This document shows positions 53,255 through 62,912 of a DNA stretch of 64,000 bases, piece by piece. Source of the stretch: an uncultured Gemmatimonadales bacterium (lineage in GTDB: Bacteria > Gemmatimonadota > Gemmatimonadetes > Gemmatimonadales > JACORV01). How positions within the stretch are numbered: the stretch's first letter is position 1; the number at the start of each line of letters is the position of its first letter. The stretch is from contig CAWDZR010000034.1 in NCBI GenBank assembly GCA_963806755.1, positions 31,223 to 95,222 on the forward strand, given 5' to 3'. Below the pieces are notes generated by a model. That model saw nothing but the letters and a program-made list of their open reading frames with translations. It was not told the DNA's origin and made no database searches. The position numbers and the translations under genes are program-made.

Positions 53255-54012
53255 GCCGCCGCTCCGCGGGAGCCGCGACCGGACGCGGGTTGCGGCAGGG
53301 CGAGGCGGACGGTCGCCTCGCCGTCGCGGACGGTCGCGGTCGCGGTGCCGCCGCTGGCCGCGACGACGGCGTACACCGTCGGCAGCCGCAGGCCACCGTC
53401 GTACGAGCGATCCCACGCGAAGGGCTCGAACATCCGGGTCGCCGTCTCGGCCCCGATCCCGCGCCCGGTGGAGCGCACGACCAGTAGCGCGCCGCTACCC
53501 CCGGTCGCGGCGTCGGTGGCGACCTCCACTTCCCCGGCCGCCGGCAGAGAGGACGCGAGCGCTCCCACGGTGTCGGCGGCGATCAGGCGCAGCCGCGCGG
53601 CGTCCCCACGGACCTCGAGCGGCCCGGCCGCGAGGCGGAGCGTGAGCGTCGCCCCGCCCTTCAGGAGGCCGCGCAGGCTCGGCTCCGCCTCGCGCAGCAC
53701 CGCGTTCAGGTCGCTCGTGCCGTCGCCCAGGGGCTGCGGATGCGTGAACGAACGAAGGGAAGCGAGGAAGCGCGCGGCGCCTGCCGCGCTTTCGGCGAGG
53801 ATCTCGAGGTCCCGCGCGGCATCGGGATCCGCGTCCGGCCGGCCGGCGAGCAGCTCGACCATCGCGCGCATCGTGCCGAGGTAGTTGGCGAACTGGTGGG
53901 CCAGCGCGGACGCCGCCCGGGAGGCCGCGTCCACCCGCGCGGCCACCGCCGGATCCGCGGGCGGGCTTACCGCCGGCGCAGCCGGGCCCTCACGCCCTCC
54001 CGCGTGCCCCAT
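53251..54012 (-). CDS. soluble histidine kinase core with no recognisable sensor or TM domain
   Basis: H-box LAHQFANYL and an ATPase region (GRGIGAETATRMFEPF); 253 aa. Confidence 0.75.
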   Translation of the reverse strand: MGHAGGREGPAAPAVSPPADPAVAARVDAASRAASALAHQFANYLGTMRAMVELLAGRPDADPDAARDLEILAESAAGAARFLASLRSFTHPQPLGDGTSDLNAVLREAEPSLRGLLKGGATLTLRLAAGPLEVRGDAARLRLIAADTVGALASSLPAAGEVEVATDAATGGSGALLVVRSTGRGIGAETATRMFEPFAWDRSYDGGLRLPTVYAVVAASGGTATATVRDGEATVRLALPQPASGRGSRGAAA

Positions 54013-54181
54013 CGCCTGACCTCCTGAACCGCGGCCGCGCCGCGGTCACGGTGCCGCTTAAGGTCGTGGTCGTTGCGGGACGTGGCAAGAGCGGCGCGCG
54101 GGCGCGCCCCGGGGTCGCATGACGCGGCGCCCGCGGCCCGCGCCTCGCGCGGCCGGCGCCGGCGCGCTAACGTAGCCGGGC

Positions 54182-54814
54182 ATGGACCGCCCCGCCTCGC
54201 CCCTGACGCCCATCCGCCCCGACCCCGGCGCTCGGTCCGGCCGTCCGCAGCGGCCCGCGCGCACCCATCTGCTGCGCGTCCTGATCCCGATGGTCGGGTT
54301 CACGGCGATCGCCGTGGCCCTGGGCTCGCTGCCGCTGATCGTGGGCAGCCTGATCGTGTGGCTGTTCTGGATCGCCCGCTTCGTGCTGCTCACCCAGGTC
54401 CTCGACCCGCGCGGCGACTCGACGCCTTCCGTGAACCAGCACTCCAACATCGCGGCGATGGTGGCCCGCGGGGAGTACGCCAAGGCGGTCGAGGCCTATC
54501 GGGCGGCCATGGACGCCGATCCCGGGGACGTCGTCGCCTGCGAGCACCTGGCGCTGCTGGCCCGCCGCGAGCTGAAAGACTACGCCCTGGCGGTGGCGGC
54601 GTACCGCGAGGCGGAGCGGCGCGCCCCGGAGCCGCGCCGGCGCCTCGGCTACGCGCTGCACGTCGTGGGGATCCTGCGGGACGACCTGAAGGACGGCGGC
54701 CGGACGATCGTGGAGCTGCGCCGCGTCCTCGATACCTACCCCGACGCTTCCAACGCGTCGGCCCTGCGCGCCGACCTCGAGCAGATCAAGGCGACCCGAT
54801 TCGGCGCGACGTGA
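54182..54814 (+). CDS. hypothetical membrane protein with a TPR-like C-terminal domain
   Basis: High GC3, two TM helices and helical repeat-like sequence (GEYAKAVEAYRAAMDADPGD). It converges on and overlaps the next gene by 29 nt. Confidence 0.65.
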   Translation: MDRPASPLTPIRPDPGARSGRPQRPARTHLLRVLIPMVGFTAIAVALGSLPLIVGSLIVWLFWIARFVLLTQVLDPRGDSTPSVNQHSNIAAMVARGEYAKAVEAYRAAMDADPGDVVACEHLALLARRELKDYALAVAAYREAERRAPEPRRRLGYALHVVGILRDDLKDGGRTIVELRRVLDTYPDASNASALRADLEQIKATRFGAT

Positions 54815-56429
54815 CGTAGAAGTTCTCGTCCACCTCCAGGTCCCCGGCCCGTGAGCCGGGCACCGCCAGCGACTGCCACGCCCCGGTGGGACGCAGGGTC
54901 CGCGCTCCCGACCCCGGCACCTGCACGCGCACCGGCATGTCGAACCCCGGTACCACGTTCGTCCAGCGATACGAAAGCGTGTCGCCCTCCACCTTGTACT
55001 CGAGCTCCGGCACCATCGTCGTCGTGAAGTACTGCTCGAACACCCTGCCCAGGTCCTGTCCCGTCGCCCGGCTCATGTAGTCCTCGACCTGCGCGCCGGT
55101 GACGGTCTGGTGCCGGAACGTGCGGTTGAGCTCGCGCAGCACGTCGCGCCAGCGCGCGTCGTCGTCCACGATCTGGCGGATCGTGTGCAGCACGTTCGCG
55201 CCCTTGAAGTACATGTCGTTGCCGCTCCACGCGGCGACGCCGCGCGGGCCCACGATCGGCACGCGGTTCTGGATCCCCCTGCGCAGGCCGATGAGGTAGG
55301 CGGCGCCCGCCGTGCGGCCGTGCCGGCACTCGGTGTACAGCCCCTCGGCGTACGTGGCGAACGCCTCGTGCACCCACATGTCGGCGTCGTCGCTCGCGGT
55401 GATGTTGTTGCCGAACCACTCGTGGGCGCTCTCGTGAATCACGATGTAGTCCCACCCCAGGCCGAGCCCCGTGCCCGACAGGTCGCGGCCCAGGTACCCC
55501 CGGAGAAACCGGTTCCCGTACGCGATGCCGCTCTGGTGCTCCATCCCGAGGTACGGGGTCTCGATCAGCTTGTACCCGTCGCGGTACCACGGGTACGGGC
55601 CGAACCAGTGCTCGAAGCACTCCAGCATGGACGTGGCCTGGCGCCACTGCACCCGCGCCGTGTCGAGGTGATAGGTGAGCGGCCAGAAGTCGAGCGACAG
55701 CCTCCCGTCCTCTCCGTCGAGCGTGTCGGCGAAGTGCGTGTAGCGGCCGGCGTTGATCGCCACGCCGTACGTGTTGATGGGATTCGCGACGAACCACTCG
55801 GAGGTCGTGGTGCCGTCGGCGTTGTGCGTGGTGCCCCGCAGCCGCCCGTTCGACACCTCGATCATCGGATCCGGCACGGTGACCGTGATGCGCTGGCTGT
55901 CGGGCTCGTCACCGAGGTAGTCCTTGAGCGGCCACCAGATGCTGGCGCCCGGCCCCTCGTCCGAGGTGGCGACCCACGGCGCGCCGAGGCTGTCGCGCGC
56001 CCACACGAAGCCGCTGGCCCAGGGCGACGGCCGGCCGCGGCCCGGCTGGCCGTGGTAGTACGCGCTCACGCTGCGGACGTCGCCCGCCCGCTGGGGAGCC
56101 ACGAGCGTTACGAAGTACGCGTTGCTGTCGCGGCGCGCGGCGAGCCGGCGCCCGGCCTGCGTCACGGAATCCAGCACCAGCGGCGCCTGCAGGTCCAGCT
56201 GCATCTCCTGCGCCGGCCGCAGCACGCGGTAGGTGATCCCGTTCCAGCCGGCGACGCTGCTGTCGGCGGGGTTCACCCGCACGTGCAGGTCGTAGAACGC
56301 GACGTCCCACCAGGCGCGCCCGGGGCCGTTGGAGCCCCGCAGCGAATCGGCGTGCGTGGCGGCGGGCTGCTGCGCGGCGCCGAGCTGCGGCGCGGACGCC
56401 AAAGCGAGCAGGAGGGCGACGGCGCGCAT
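54786..56429 (-). CDS. secreted M1-family zinc metallopeptidase (paralog A)
   Basis: Signal peptide, GMEHQSG and HESAHEWFGNN...HEAFATY (HEXXH-18-E). Confidence 0.9.
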   Translation of the reverse strand: MRAVALLLALASAPQLGAAQQPAATHADSLRGSNGPGRAWWDVAFYDLHVRVNPADSSVAGWNGITYRVLRPAQEMQLDLQAPLVLDSVTQAGRRLAARRDSNAYFVTLVAPQRAGDVRSVSAYYHGQPGRGRPSPWASGFVWARDSLGAPWVATSDEGPGASIWWPLKDYLGDEPDSQRITVTVPDPMIEVSNGRLRGTTHNADGTTTSEWFVANPINTYGVAINAGRYTHFADTLDGEDGRLSLDFWPLTYHLDTARVQWRQATSMLECFEHWFGPYPWYRDGYKLIETPYLGMEHQSGIAYGNRFLRGYLGRDLSGTGLGLGWDYIVIHESAHEWFGNNITASDDADMWVHEAFATYAEGLYTECRHGRTAGAAYLIGLRRGIQNRVPIVGPRGVAAWSGNDMYFKGANVLHTIRQIVDDDARWRDVLRELNRTFRHQTVTGAQVEDYMSRATGQDLGRVFEQYFTTTMVPELEYKVEGDTLSYRWTNVVPGFDMPVRVQVPGSGARTLRPTGAWQSLAVPGSRAGDLEVDENFYVTSRRIGSP

Positions 56430-56436
56430 GGCCTCT

Positions 56437-56460
56437 GGGGCTAGGGGCTAGGGGTCAGGG
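56437..56460. repeat. GGGGCTA heptamer array / canonical G-quadruplex motif on the plus strand
   Basis: GGGG-cta-GGGG-cta-GGGG-tca-GGG. It lies 7 nt from the start of paralog A and 15 nt from the stop of paralog B. Confidence 0.8.
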
Positions 56461-56474
56461 AGAAGTCGGGCGGC

Positions 56475-58133
56475 CTACCGAGCCCGGCCCGAATCCGCGA
56501 GCACGTCCCGCGCCGTGACGTAGAAGTTCTCGTCCACCTCCAGCTGTGCAGCCTCCGGGTCCGGAGCCGGCAGCGTCTGCCACGCCTCGGTGGGATGCAG
56601 CAGCCGCGTGCCGAGGCCGGGGATCTGCACCCGCACCGGCATGGCGAAACCCGGCACCACGTTCGCCCAGTGGTAGCTCAACGTGCCGTTCTCCACCTTG
56701 TACTCGAACTCCGGCACCATCGTCGTGGTCAGGTACTGCTGGAAGACCTTGCTCAGGTCCATGCCCGCCTCGCGGCTCATATAGTCCTCGACCTGGGCCG
56801 CGGTGACCGTCTGGTGCCAGAACTCGTGGTTGAGCCCGCGCAGCACGTCGCGCCACTTCGCGTCGTCGTCCACGATCTGACGGATCGTGTGCAGCATGTT
56901 GCCGCCCTTGTAGTACATGTCGCCCGAGCCGTCCCCGTTGACGCCGTAGGCGGGGATGATCGGGCGGTCGTTCCGGATCGCCAGCCGCGTCCCGATCGTG
57001 TAGGCCGCGCCCGCCGTCCGGCCCAGCTGGCACTCGGTGTACAGCCCCTCGGCGTAGTTCGCGAAGCTCTCGTGGATCCACATGTCGGCGTGGTCCTTGG
57101 CCGAGATGTTGTTGCCGAACCACTCGTGGGCGCTCTCGTGGACGATGATGAAATCCCACATCAGCCCGATGCCGGTGCGCGAGAGATCGTGGCCGAGGTA
57201 GCCGTTCTCGAAGTGGTTGCCGTAGGCCACCGCGCTCTGGTGCTCCATGCCCAGGTGCGGCGCCTCCACCAGCTTGTAGCCGTCCGCGTACCAGGGATAC
57301 GGGCCGAACCAGTGCTCGAAGCACTGCAGCATCGTCGCGACCTGGCGCCACTGCCGCTTCGCCGCGTCCACGTGGTAGGCCAGGGGCCAGAAGTCGCGCG
57401 TCAGCGGGCCCGCTTCGCCGGCCACGGTGTCCGCGTAGTGCGCGTACGTCCCGGCGTTGACCGCGACGTCGTAGCTGTTGATGGGGTCCGCGACGAACCA
57501 CTCGAAGGTCGTCGTGCCGTCCGGGTTGTGGGTCGTGCTCCGCAGCCGGCCGTTCGACACGTCCGTCATCGGGTCGGGGACCGTGATGGCGATCCGCTGG
57601 CTGTCGGGCTCGTCGCCCAGGTAGTCCTTGAGCGGCCACCACACGCTCGCGCCGAGCCCCTCGTCCGTGGTCGCGATCCAGCGGTTGCCCAGGCTGTCCG
57701 TGGTCCACGTGAAGCCGCCGTCCCAGGGCGGGCGCCGGGCCACCTTCGGCCGGCCGTGATAGTACACGGTGACCGACCGCACCTCACCCGCGCGCTGCCG
57801 CGCCTTGAGCGCGACGAAGAACGCGTTCCCGTCGCGGCGCCAGGTCAGCTTCCGGCCGTCCTGGATCATGCTGTCGGCGACCATCGGCTCCTGCAGGTCG
57901 ATCTGCATCTCCTGCGCGGGCCCGAGCACCCGGTACGTGATGCCGTTCCAGCCCGCGATCGTGCTGTCCGCCGGGTTGATGCGGACGTGCAGGTCGTAGA
58001 AGGCCGCGTGCCACCACGACCGTGCCGGGCCGTCGCTGCCGCGCAGCGTGTCGGCGTGGGTATAGGTGGGCGTCTGGGCAACCGCCGTGAGCGGCAGGGC
58101 GGCGAAGGCGACGATCAGGCTGAAGGTGCGCAT
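56475..58133 (-). CDS. secreted M1-family zinc metallopeptidase (paralog B)
   Basis: ATG at 58133 (MRTFSLIVAFAALPLTAVAQ), GMEHQSA and HESAHEWFGNN...HESFANY. Colinear with paralog A over its whole length. Confidence 0.9.
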   Translation of the reverse strand: MRTFSLIVAFAALPLTAVAQTPTYTHADTLRGSDGPARSWWHAAFYDLHVRINPADSTIAGWNGITYRVLGPAQEMQIDLQEPMVADSMIQDGRKLTWRRDGNAFFVALKARQRAGEVRSVTVYYHGRPKVARRPPWDGGFTWTTDSLGNRWIATTDEGLGASVWWPLKDYLGDEPDSQRIAITVPDPMTDVSNGRLRSTTHNPDGTTTFEWFVADPINSYDVAVNAGTYAHYADTVAGEAGPLTRDFWPLAYHVDAAKRQWRQVATMLQCFEHWFGPYPWYADGYKLVEAPHLGMEHQSAVAYGNHFENGYLGHDLSRTGIGLMWDFIIVHESAHEWFGNNISAKDHADMWIHESFANYAEGLYTECQLGRTAGAAYTIGTRLAIRNDRPIIPAYGVNGDGSGDMYYKGGNMLHTIRQIVDDDAKWRDVLRGLNHEFWHQTVTAAQVEDYMSREAGMDLSKVFQQYLTTTMVPEFEYKVENGTLSYHWANVVPGFAMPVRVQIPGLGTRLLHPTEAWQTLPAPDPEAAQLEVDENFYVTARDVLADSGRAR

Positions 58134-58140
58134 GGCCGAT

Positions 58141-58179
58141 GGGTGTAGGGTGTGGGGTGTAGGGTGTGGAGGCACAGGG
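58141..58179. repeat. GGGTGTR heptamer array / G-quadruplex motif on the plus strand, 7 nt upstream of the paralog B start
   Basis: GGG-tgta-GGG-tgt-GGGG-tgta-GGG-tgtggaggcaca-GGG. Confidence 0.8.
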
Positions 58180-58259
58180 TCAGGTGAGAATGGGGCGGCG
58201 CCGGACACGGGGCAAGGGGCGGCCCGAAACCCGAGACGCACCGTCGGTCTTTCGCTCCG

Positions 58260-60230
58260 ATGATCCTTGACGCGGCAGCCCTGATCGCCCACCTCACCCC
58301 GATGAGCGATCGCTCGTCGAGCCCCCAGACCCTCCCGGCCCTGTTCGAACAGTCGGCGGCGCGGTTCGCGACCAACGACCTGGTGCTCGAGAAGCACGAC
58401 GGGACCTGGCAGGGCACGACCTACGCCGAGATGCGCGGGCTCGTGCATCGCTGCGCGGCCGGCTTCCTCGCGCTCGGCCTGAAGAAGGGCGACCGGGTGG
58501 CCTTGATCTCGGAGGGCCGCCGCGAGTGGCCGGTGTCCGAGCTGGGCATCCTGTACGCCGGCGCCATCGACGTCCCGATCTCGGTGAAGATCGAGGAGCT
58601 GCCGGAGCTGCGCTTCCGCCTCGCCCACTCGGGATGCCGCATGGCCGTCGTGTCGGGCGGCCAGGCCCGCAAGGTCCTCGCCCTGCGCGCCGAGCTTCCC
58701 GCGCTCGAGACGATCGTGCGGTTCGACGATCCCGGCGACGGCGCCGCGGGCACGCTCGCCTTCGGTGACCTGCTGGCGAGGGGCGACGCGTTGCTCGCCG
58801 CGGACCCGGAGGCCGTCGGGCGGTCGTGGCGGTCCCTTACCGGGAGCGATCCCGCCAACATCTGCTACACCTCGGGCACGACCGCGGACCCCAAGGGCAT
58901 CGTCCTCACTCACCGCAACTACACCGCAAACATCGCGCAAGGTGTCGCGCTCTATCCCCTGCCCCCAAGCGCGGTGTTGCTGCTGATCCTCCCGTGGGAC
59001 CACGCGTTCGCGCACACCTGCGGCATCTACGCCCTCAGCGCCACCGGCGGCGCCTTCGCGTGCGTCCAGACGGGGAAGACCGCGATGGAGACGGTGCGCA
59101 ACATCCCGGCGAATATCCGGGAGACGCGGCCCACCTTGCTGCTCAGCGTGCCGGCCCTGGCCAAGACCTTCCGCAAGGGGATCGAGAAGGGCGTGCGCGA
59201 CAAGGGCCCGCTCGCGTGGGGGCTGTTCCGTGCCGGCGTCGCGGCGGCCACCGCCTGCAACGGGCTCGGCTTCGACCGCGGGCGCGGGCTGCGCGTGCTC
59301 CTCAAGCCGCTGGTCGCGCTGTTCGACGCGGTGCTGTTCCGGAAGGTGCGCGCGAACTTCGGAGGGCGGCTCGAGTACTTCGTCGGCGGTGGGGCGCTGC
59401 TGGACCTGGACCTGCAGCGCTTCTTCTACGCGATCGGCATCCCGATGTACCAGGGCTACGGCCTCACCGAGGCCGCCCCGGTGATCTCCTCCAACAACCC
59501 GCGGCGGCACAAGCTCGGCTCGTCCGGGCCGCTGGCGCCCGACCTCGGGCTGCGAATCCTCGACGACGCCGGCCGCGATCTCCCCGCGGGGGCGAAGGGC
59601 GAGATCGTGGTGAAGGGCGAGAACGTAATGCTCGGGTACTGGAAGAACGAGAAGGCCACGGCCGAGGCGCTGCGCGACGGATGGCTGCACACCGGCGACC
59701 TGGGCTACCTCGACGGCGACGGCTTCCTGTACGTCCTCGGCAGGGAGAAGAGCCTCCTGATCGGGCACGACGGCGAGAAATACAGCCCCGAGGGGATCGA
59801 GGAGTCGCTGGTGGAGCATTCCCGCTACGTCGAGCAGGTGATGCTGCACAACAACCAGTCACCCGCCACGGTGGCGCTCATCGTGCCGAGCCGCGAGGCG
59901 CTCCTGGCGTGGACGCGGCACCACGACCTGCGCCCCGGGACGGAAGGCGTCGAAGACGCCGTGCTGCGCCTCCTCGAGTCGGAGGTCAACGCCTACCGCG
60001 CGGGAGGGAAGCACGCGGGGACGTTTCCGGAGCGCTGGCTGCCGTCCACGTTCGCCGTGCTCGAGGAGCCGTTCACCGAGCAGAACCGCATGCTCAACAG
60101 CTCCCTCAAGATGGTGCGCGGCCGGATCGAGGAGCGCTACCGCGACCGGATCGCCGCCCTGCACTCGGCGGCCGGGGTCGCCGTCTGCAGCGCCAGGAAT
60201 CGGGAGGCCGTCCGGCGGCTGCTGCAGTAG
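58260..60230 (+). CDS. long-chain acyl-CoA synthetase (AMP-forming)
   Basis: YTSGTTADPKG, GYGLTE and TGDLGYLD motifs. The start may instead be the ATG at 58302 (MSDRSS). Confidence 0.9.
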   Translation: MILDAAALIAHLTPMSDRSSSPQTLPALFEQSAARFATNDLVLEKHDGTWQGTTYAEMRGLVHRCAAGFLALGLKKGDRVALISEGRREWPVSELGILYAGAIDVPISVKIEELPELRFRLAHSGCRMAVVSGGQARKVLALRAELPALETIVRFDDPGDGAAGTLAFGDLLARGDALLAADPEAVGRSWRSLTGSDPANICYTSGTTADPKGIVLTHRNYTANIAQGVALYPLPPSAVLLLILPWDHAFAHTCGIYALSATGGAFACVQTGKTAMETVRNIPANIRETRPTLLLSVPALAKTFRKGIEKGVRDKGPLAWGLFRAGVAAATACNGLGFDRGRGLRVLLKPLVALFDAVLFRKVRANFGGRLEYFVGGGALLDLDLQRFFYAIGIPMYQGYGLTEAAPVISSNNPRRHKLGSSGPLAPDLGLRILDDAGRDLPAGAKGEIVVKGENVMLGYWKNEKATAEALRDGWLHTGDLGYLDGDGFLYVLGREKSLLIGHDGEKYSPEGIEESLVEHSRYVEQVMLHNNQSPATVALIVPSREALLAWTRHHDLRPGTEGVEDAVLRLLESEVNAYRAGGKHAGTFPERWLPSTFAVLEEPFTEQNRMLNSSLKMVRGRIEERYRDRIAALHSAAGVAVCSARNREAVRRLLQ

Positions 60231-60354
60231 CGGGGCGGCCGCCATTCACGCCCCGTTCACGCTCGATTAACGCCGGCTTGGTAGCGTGACGAGTCACGAG
60301 CCGTAGCCCGATCCATCGCCGTCCGATCGTCTCGCGCCCGTCGCGGGGGAACCC

Positions 60355-61791
60355 ATGGGCACCCGGATGCACGTTCTGGCCGTCGCCGCGCTGTGCGCCT
60401 GCGCGAGCGCGCCGCGCTATCAGCCACCGCCGCAGTCGGTCCCAGCGACGTGGCGCGACACCGCCGCGGTGCAGGCGGCGAGCGTCGCCGACGCACCCTG
60501 GTGGCGCATCTACCGCGACACGACGCTGGAGCGGCTGGTGAAGACCGCGCTGGCGCAGAACACCGACCTGGGCATCGCGCTGGAGCGGGTGACGGAGGCG
60601 CGCGCCCTGCTGGCCCAGGCGCGAGGCGCACAGCTGCCGACGGTGACGGCCAGCGGCTCGGCGTCCCGGGCCCGGACCCGCGCGACGCAGAACGGACAGA
60701 GCACCACCTACCCCAGCGACGGCTACTCGGCGCAGCTGTCGGCGGGATGGGAGCTGGACGTCTTCGGCGTCGAGCGGAACTTCGCGCGCGGCGCCGCCGC
60801 GACGCTGCAGGCCACCGAGGAGCAGCGCCGCGGCGTGGCGCTACTCGTCGTCGCCGGTGTGGCCTCGGCTTACGTGGATCTGCAGGCCGCGGACCAGGAG
60901 ATGGAGGTCGCGAACCGGGCCCTGGAGGCGAGGCGCGGCTACCTCGACGCCACGAAGCGCCGGTTCGACAGCAGTTCTTCCGCCGAGTTGGATTTCCGTC
61001 AGGCACAGGCCCTCTACGAGGCGGCCCGCGAGACGGCCATTGACCTGAGGGAGGCGTCGGTGGACGCCGAAGACGCTCTCAGCACGCTCCTGGGCCACGC
61101 CCCGGGCCCGATTCCCCGCACCGGCGCGCCCGGCGACCAGCTGCTCGCCGCGGTCCCGGCGGGCCTACCTGCGGCGCTCGTCACCCGGCGGCCCGACGTC
61201 AGGGCGGCGGAGCGCGAGCTCGCCGCGGCCGGCGCCGACGTCGGAGCGACCAGGGCGCAGCTCTTCCCGCGTCTGCAGCTCTTAGCGGGTCTCCGGTGGA
61301 ACCGGCAGCCGGGATACACCATCACGGTCGGGGGCATGCCCGTGAGCAGCCCGACGTCCACGACGGTCGGCTGGAATGCGGTGGCGTCGCTCTATCAGCC
61401 CCTGTTCATGGGGGGGCAGCTCGTCGCGCAGCTCCATGCCTCCGAGTCGCGACGGCGGCAGGCGCTGATCGCGTACGAGGGCATCGTGCTTTCCGCGCTG
61501 CAGGACGTGGAGAACCAGCTCGCCGCGCTCCGCTTCGCCGGCGACCGGCGGGCCTCGGCCGACTCGCAGGTCGTGTACGCCGCGGCGGCGCTCAAGGCGG
61601 CGGACGACCGCTACGCGTCCGGCGCGTCGCCGTTCCTCGAGGTCGTGGACGCGCAGCGGACGCGCCTCGGCGCGCAGCTCGGCGCCGTCTCCGCCCGCGT
61701 GCGCCAGGCCGACGCCGTGATCGGGCTCTATCGCGCCCTGGGCGGCGGGTGGCAGGAGGACACGACGACGGCGGCAGGGCCCAACCGCTGA
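60355..61791 (+). CDS. NodT-family efflux outer-membrane factor lipoprotein
   Basis: Lipobox-like ALCAC, PATWRD motif and two OEP repeats, ending LYRALGGGW. Confidence 0.9.
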   Translation: MGTRMHVLAVAALCACASAPRYQPPPQSVPATWRDTAAVQAASVADAPWWRIYRDTTLERLVKTALAQNTDLGIALERVTEARALLAQARGAQLPTVTASGSASRARTRATQNGQSTTYPSDGYSAQLSAGWELDVFGVERNFARGAAATLQATEEQRRGVALLVVAGVASAYVDLQAADQEMEVANRALEARRGYLDATKRRFDSSSSAELDFRQAQALYEAARETAIDLREASVDAEDALSTLLGHAPGPIPRTGAPGDQLLAAVPAGLPAALVTRRPDVRAAERELAAAGADVGATRAQLFPRLQLLAGLRWNRQPGYTITVGGMPVSSPTSTTVGWNAVASLYQPLFMGGQLVAQLHASESRRRQALIAYEGIVLSALQDVENQLAALRFAGDRRASADSQVVYAAAALKAADDRYASGASPFLEVVDAQRTRLGAQLGAVSARVRQADAVIGLYRALGGGWQEDTTTAAGPNR

Positions 61792-61843
61792 GCGGGCGCC
61801 GGAACGGGAGGCGACCGGGCCGCCGGCGCAGTAGTATTGTGCC

Positions 61844-62884
61844 ATGAAAATCGGCCTGGTTGGCTTCGCGGGTTCGGGCAAGACGACGGTGTTCAACACG
61901 CTGACCGGGCTCGACGTGCCCGTCGGGTTCGGCGGCGAGCTGCACCTGGGCACCGTGAAGGTGCCCGACCAGCGGATCGACGCCCTCTCGAAGATCTTCA
62001 AACCGAAGAAGACCGTGTACGCCGAGATCGTCTTCAGCGACATCCCGGGCGAGCACGGCGCCGAGAAGAAGGGGCTGTCGCAGAAGGCGCTGCAGCAGAT
62101 CCGCGACCAGGACGTGCTGTGCCTCGTGCTGCGGGCGTTCGCCAACCCCGCGCTGGAGTCCGCGCCCGATCCGCAGGGCGAGCTGGACGCCTTCGTGACG
62201 GAGTGCCTGCTCGCCGACCTCAAGCTGGTCGAGCGGCGATTGGACCGCGCGAAGAAGGACAAGCCGGACCCGATGGAGCTGGCCGCCTTCGAGCTGATGC
62301 AGAGGACGCTGGAGCAGGAGTTGCCGCTGCGCTCGCTGTCGGCGCAGGTCCTGGACCGCAGCAAGCTCACCGGCTACGGGTTCCTCACCGACCGGCCGCT
62401 GATGGTGGTCCTCAATCGCAGCGAGGACGAGGCGGCGCAGCCGCTGCCCGACGCCATGGCGAAGCGCCTGCCGCAGATCCACGCGGCGGGGCTGGTGCTG
62501 TCGGCGAGCGTGGAGGCGGAGATCGCGAAGATGGACCCGGCCGACCAGGCTGCCTTTCTCCAGGACCTCGGCCTCGCGGAATCGGCGCTCACGCGCTTCA
62601 TCCACACGGCGTACGGCCTCCTCGACCTCATCGCGTTCTTCACCGTCGGGCCCGACGAGGTGCGCGCGTGGCCCGTGCGGCGCGGGAGCAACGCGAAGCA
62701 GGCGTCGGGGAGGATCCACACCGACCTCGAGCGCGGATTCATCCGCGCCGAGGTGATGCCCTACGAGGTCTTCATGGCGCACGGCTCCGAGCACGCGCTG
62801 AAGGAAGCGGGCAAGCTGCAGATCGAAGGGAAGGACTACGTCGTCGCCGACGGTGATATTCTCAACATCCGGTTCAACGTGTAG
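61844..62884 (+). CDS. ychF: YchF/OLA1-type Obg-family ATPase/GTPase
   Basis: MKIGLVGFAGSGKTTVFN P-loop and a C-terminal FFTVGPDEVRAWPVRRG...IHTDLERGFIRAEV region. Confidence 0.9.
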   Translation: MKIGLVGFAGSGKTTVFNTLTGLDVPVGFGGELHLGTVKVPDQRIDALSKIFKPKKTVYAEIVFSDIPGEHGAEKKGLSQKALQQIRDQDVLCLVLRAFANPALESAPDPQGELDAFVTECLLADLKLVERRLDRAKKDKPDPMELAAFELMQRTLEQELPLRSLSAQVLDRSKLTGYGFLTDRPLMVVLNRSEDEAAQPLPDAMAKRLPQIHAAGLVLSASVEAEIAKMDPADQAAFLQDLGLAESALTRFIHTAYGLLDLIAFFTVGPDEVRAWPVRRGSNAKQASGRIHTDLERGFIRAEVMPYEVFMAHGSEHALKEAGKLQIEGKDYVVADGDILNIRFNV

Positions 62885-62912
62885 GTTGCATGATGCGCGA
62901 GAGCGGGACGAC

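Noticed and set aside
58134-59849. Upstream extension making M1 peptidase B 1124 aa
   Set aside because: The extension is antisense to the acyl-CoA synthetase gene and is low complexity. The ATG at 58133 starts a signal peptide matching that of paralog A.
62890-62895. ATGATG just after ychF as the start of the response-regulator gene
   Set aside because: It is out of frame with the receiver-domain ORF. The in-frame candidates are 62853 (ATG), 62886 (TTG) and 62913 (GTG).
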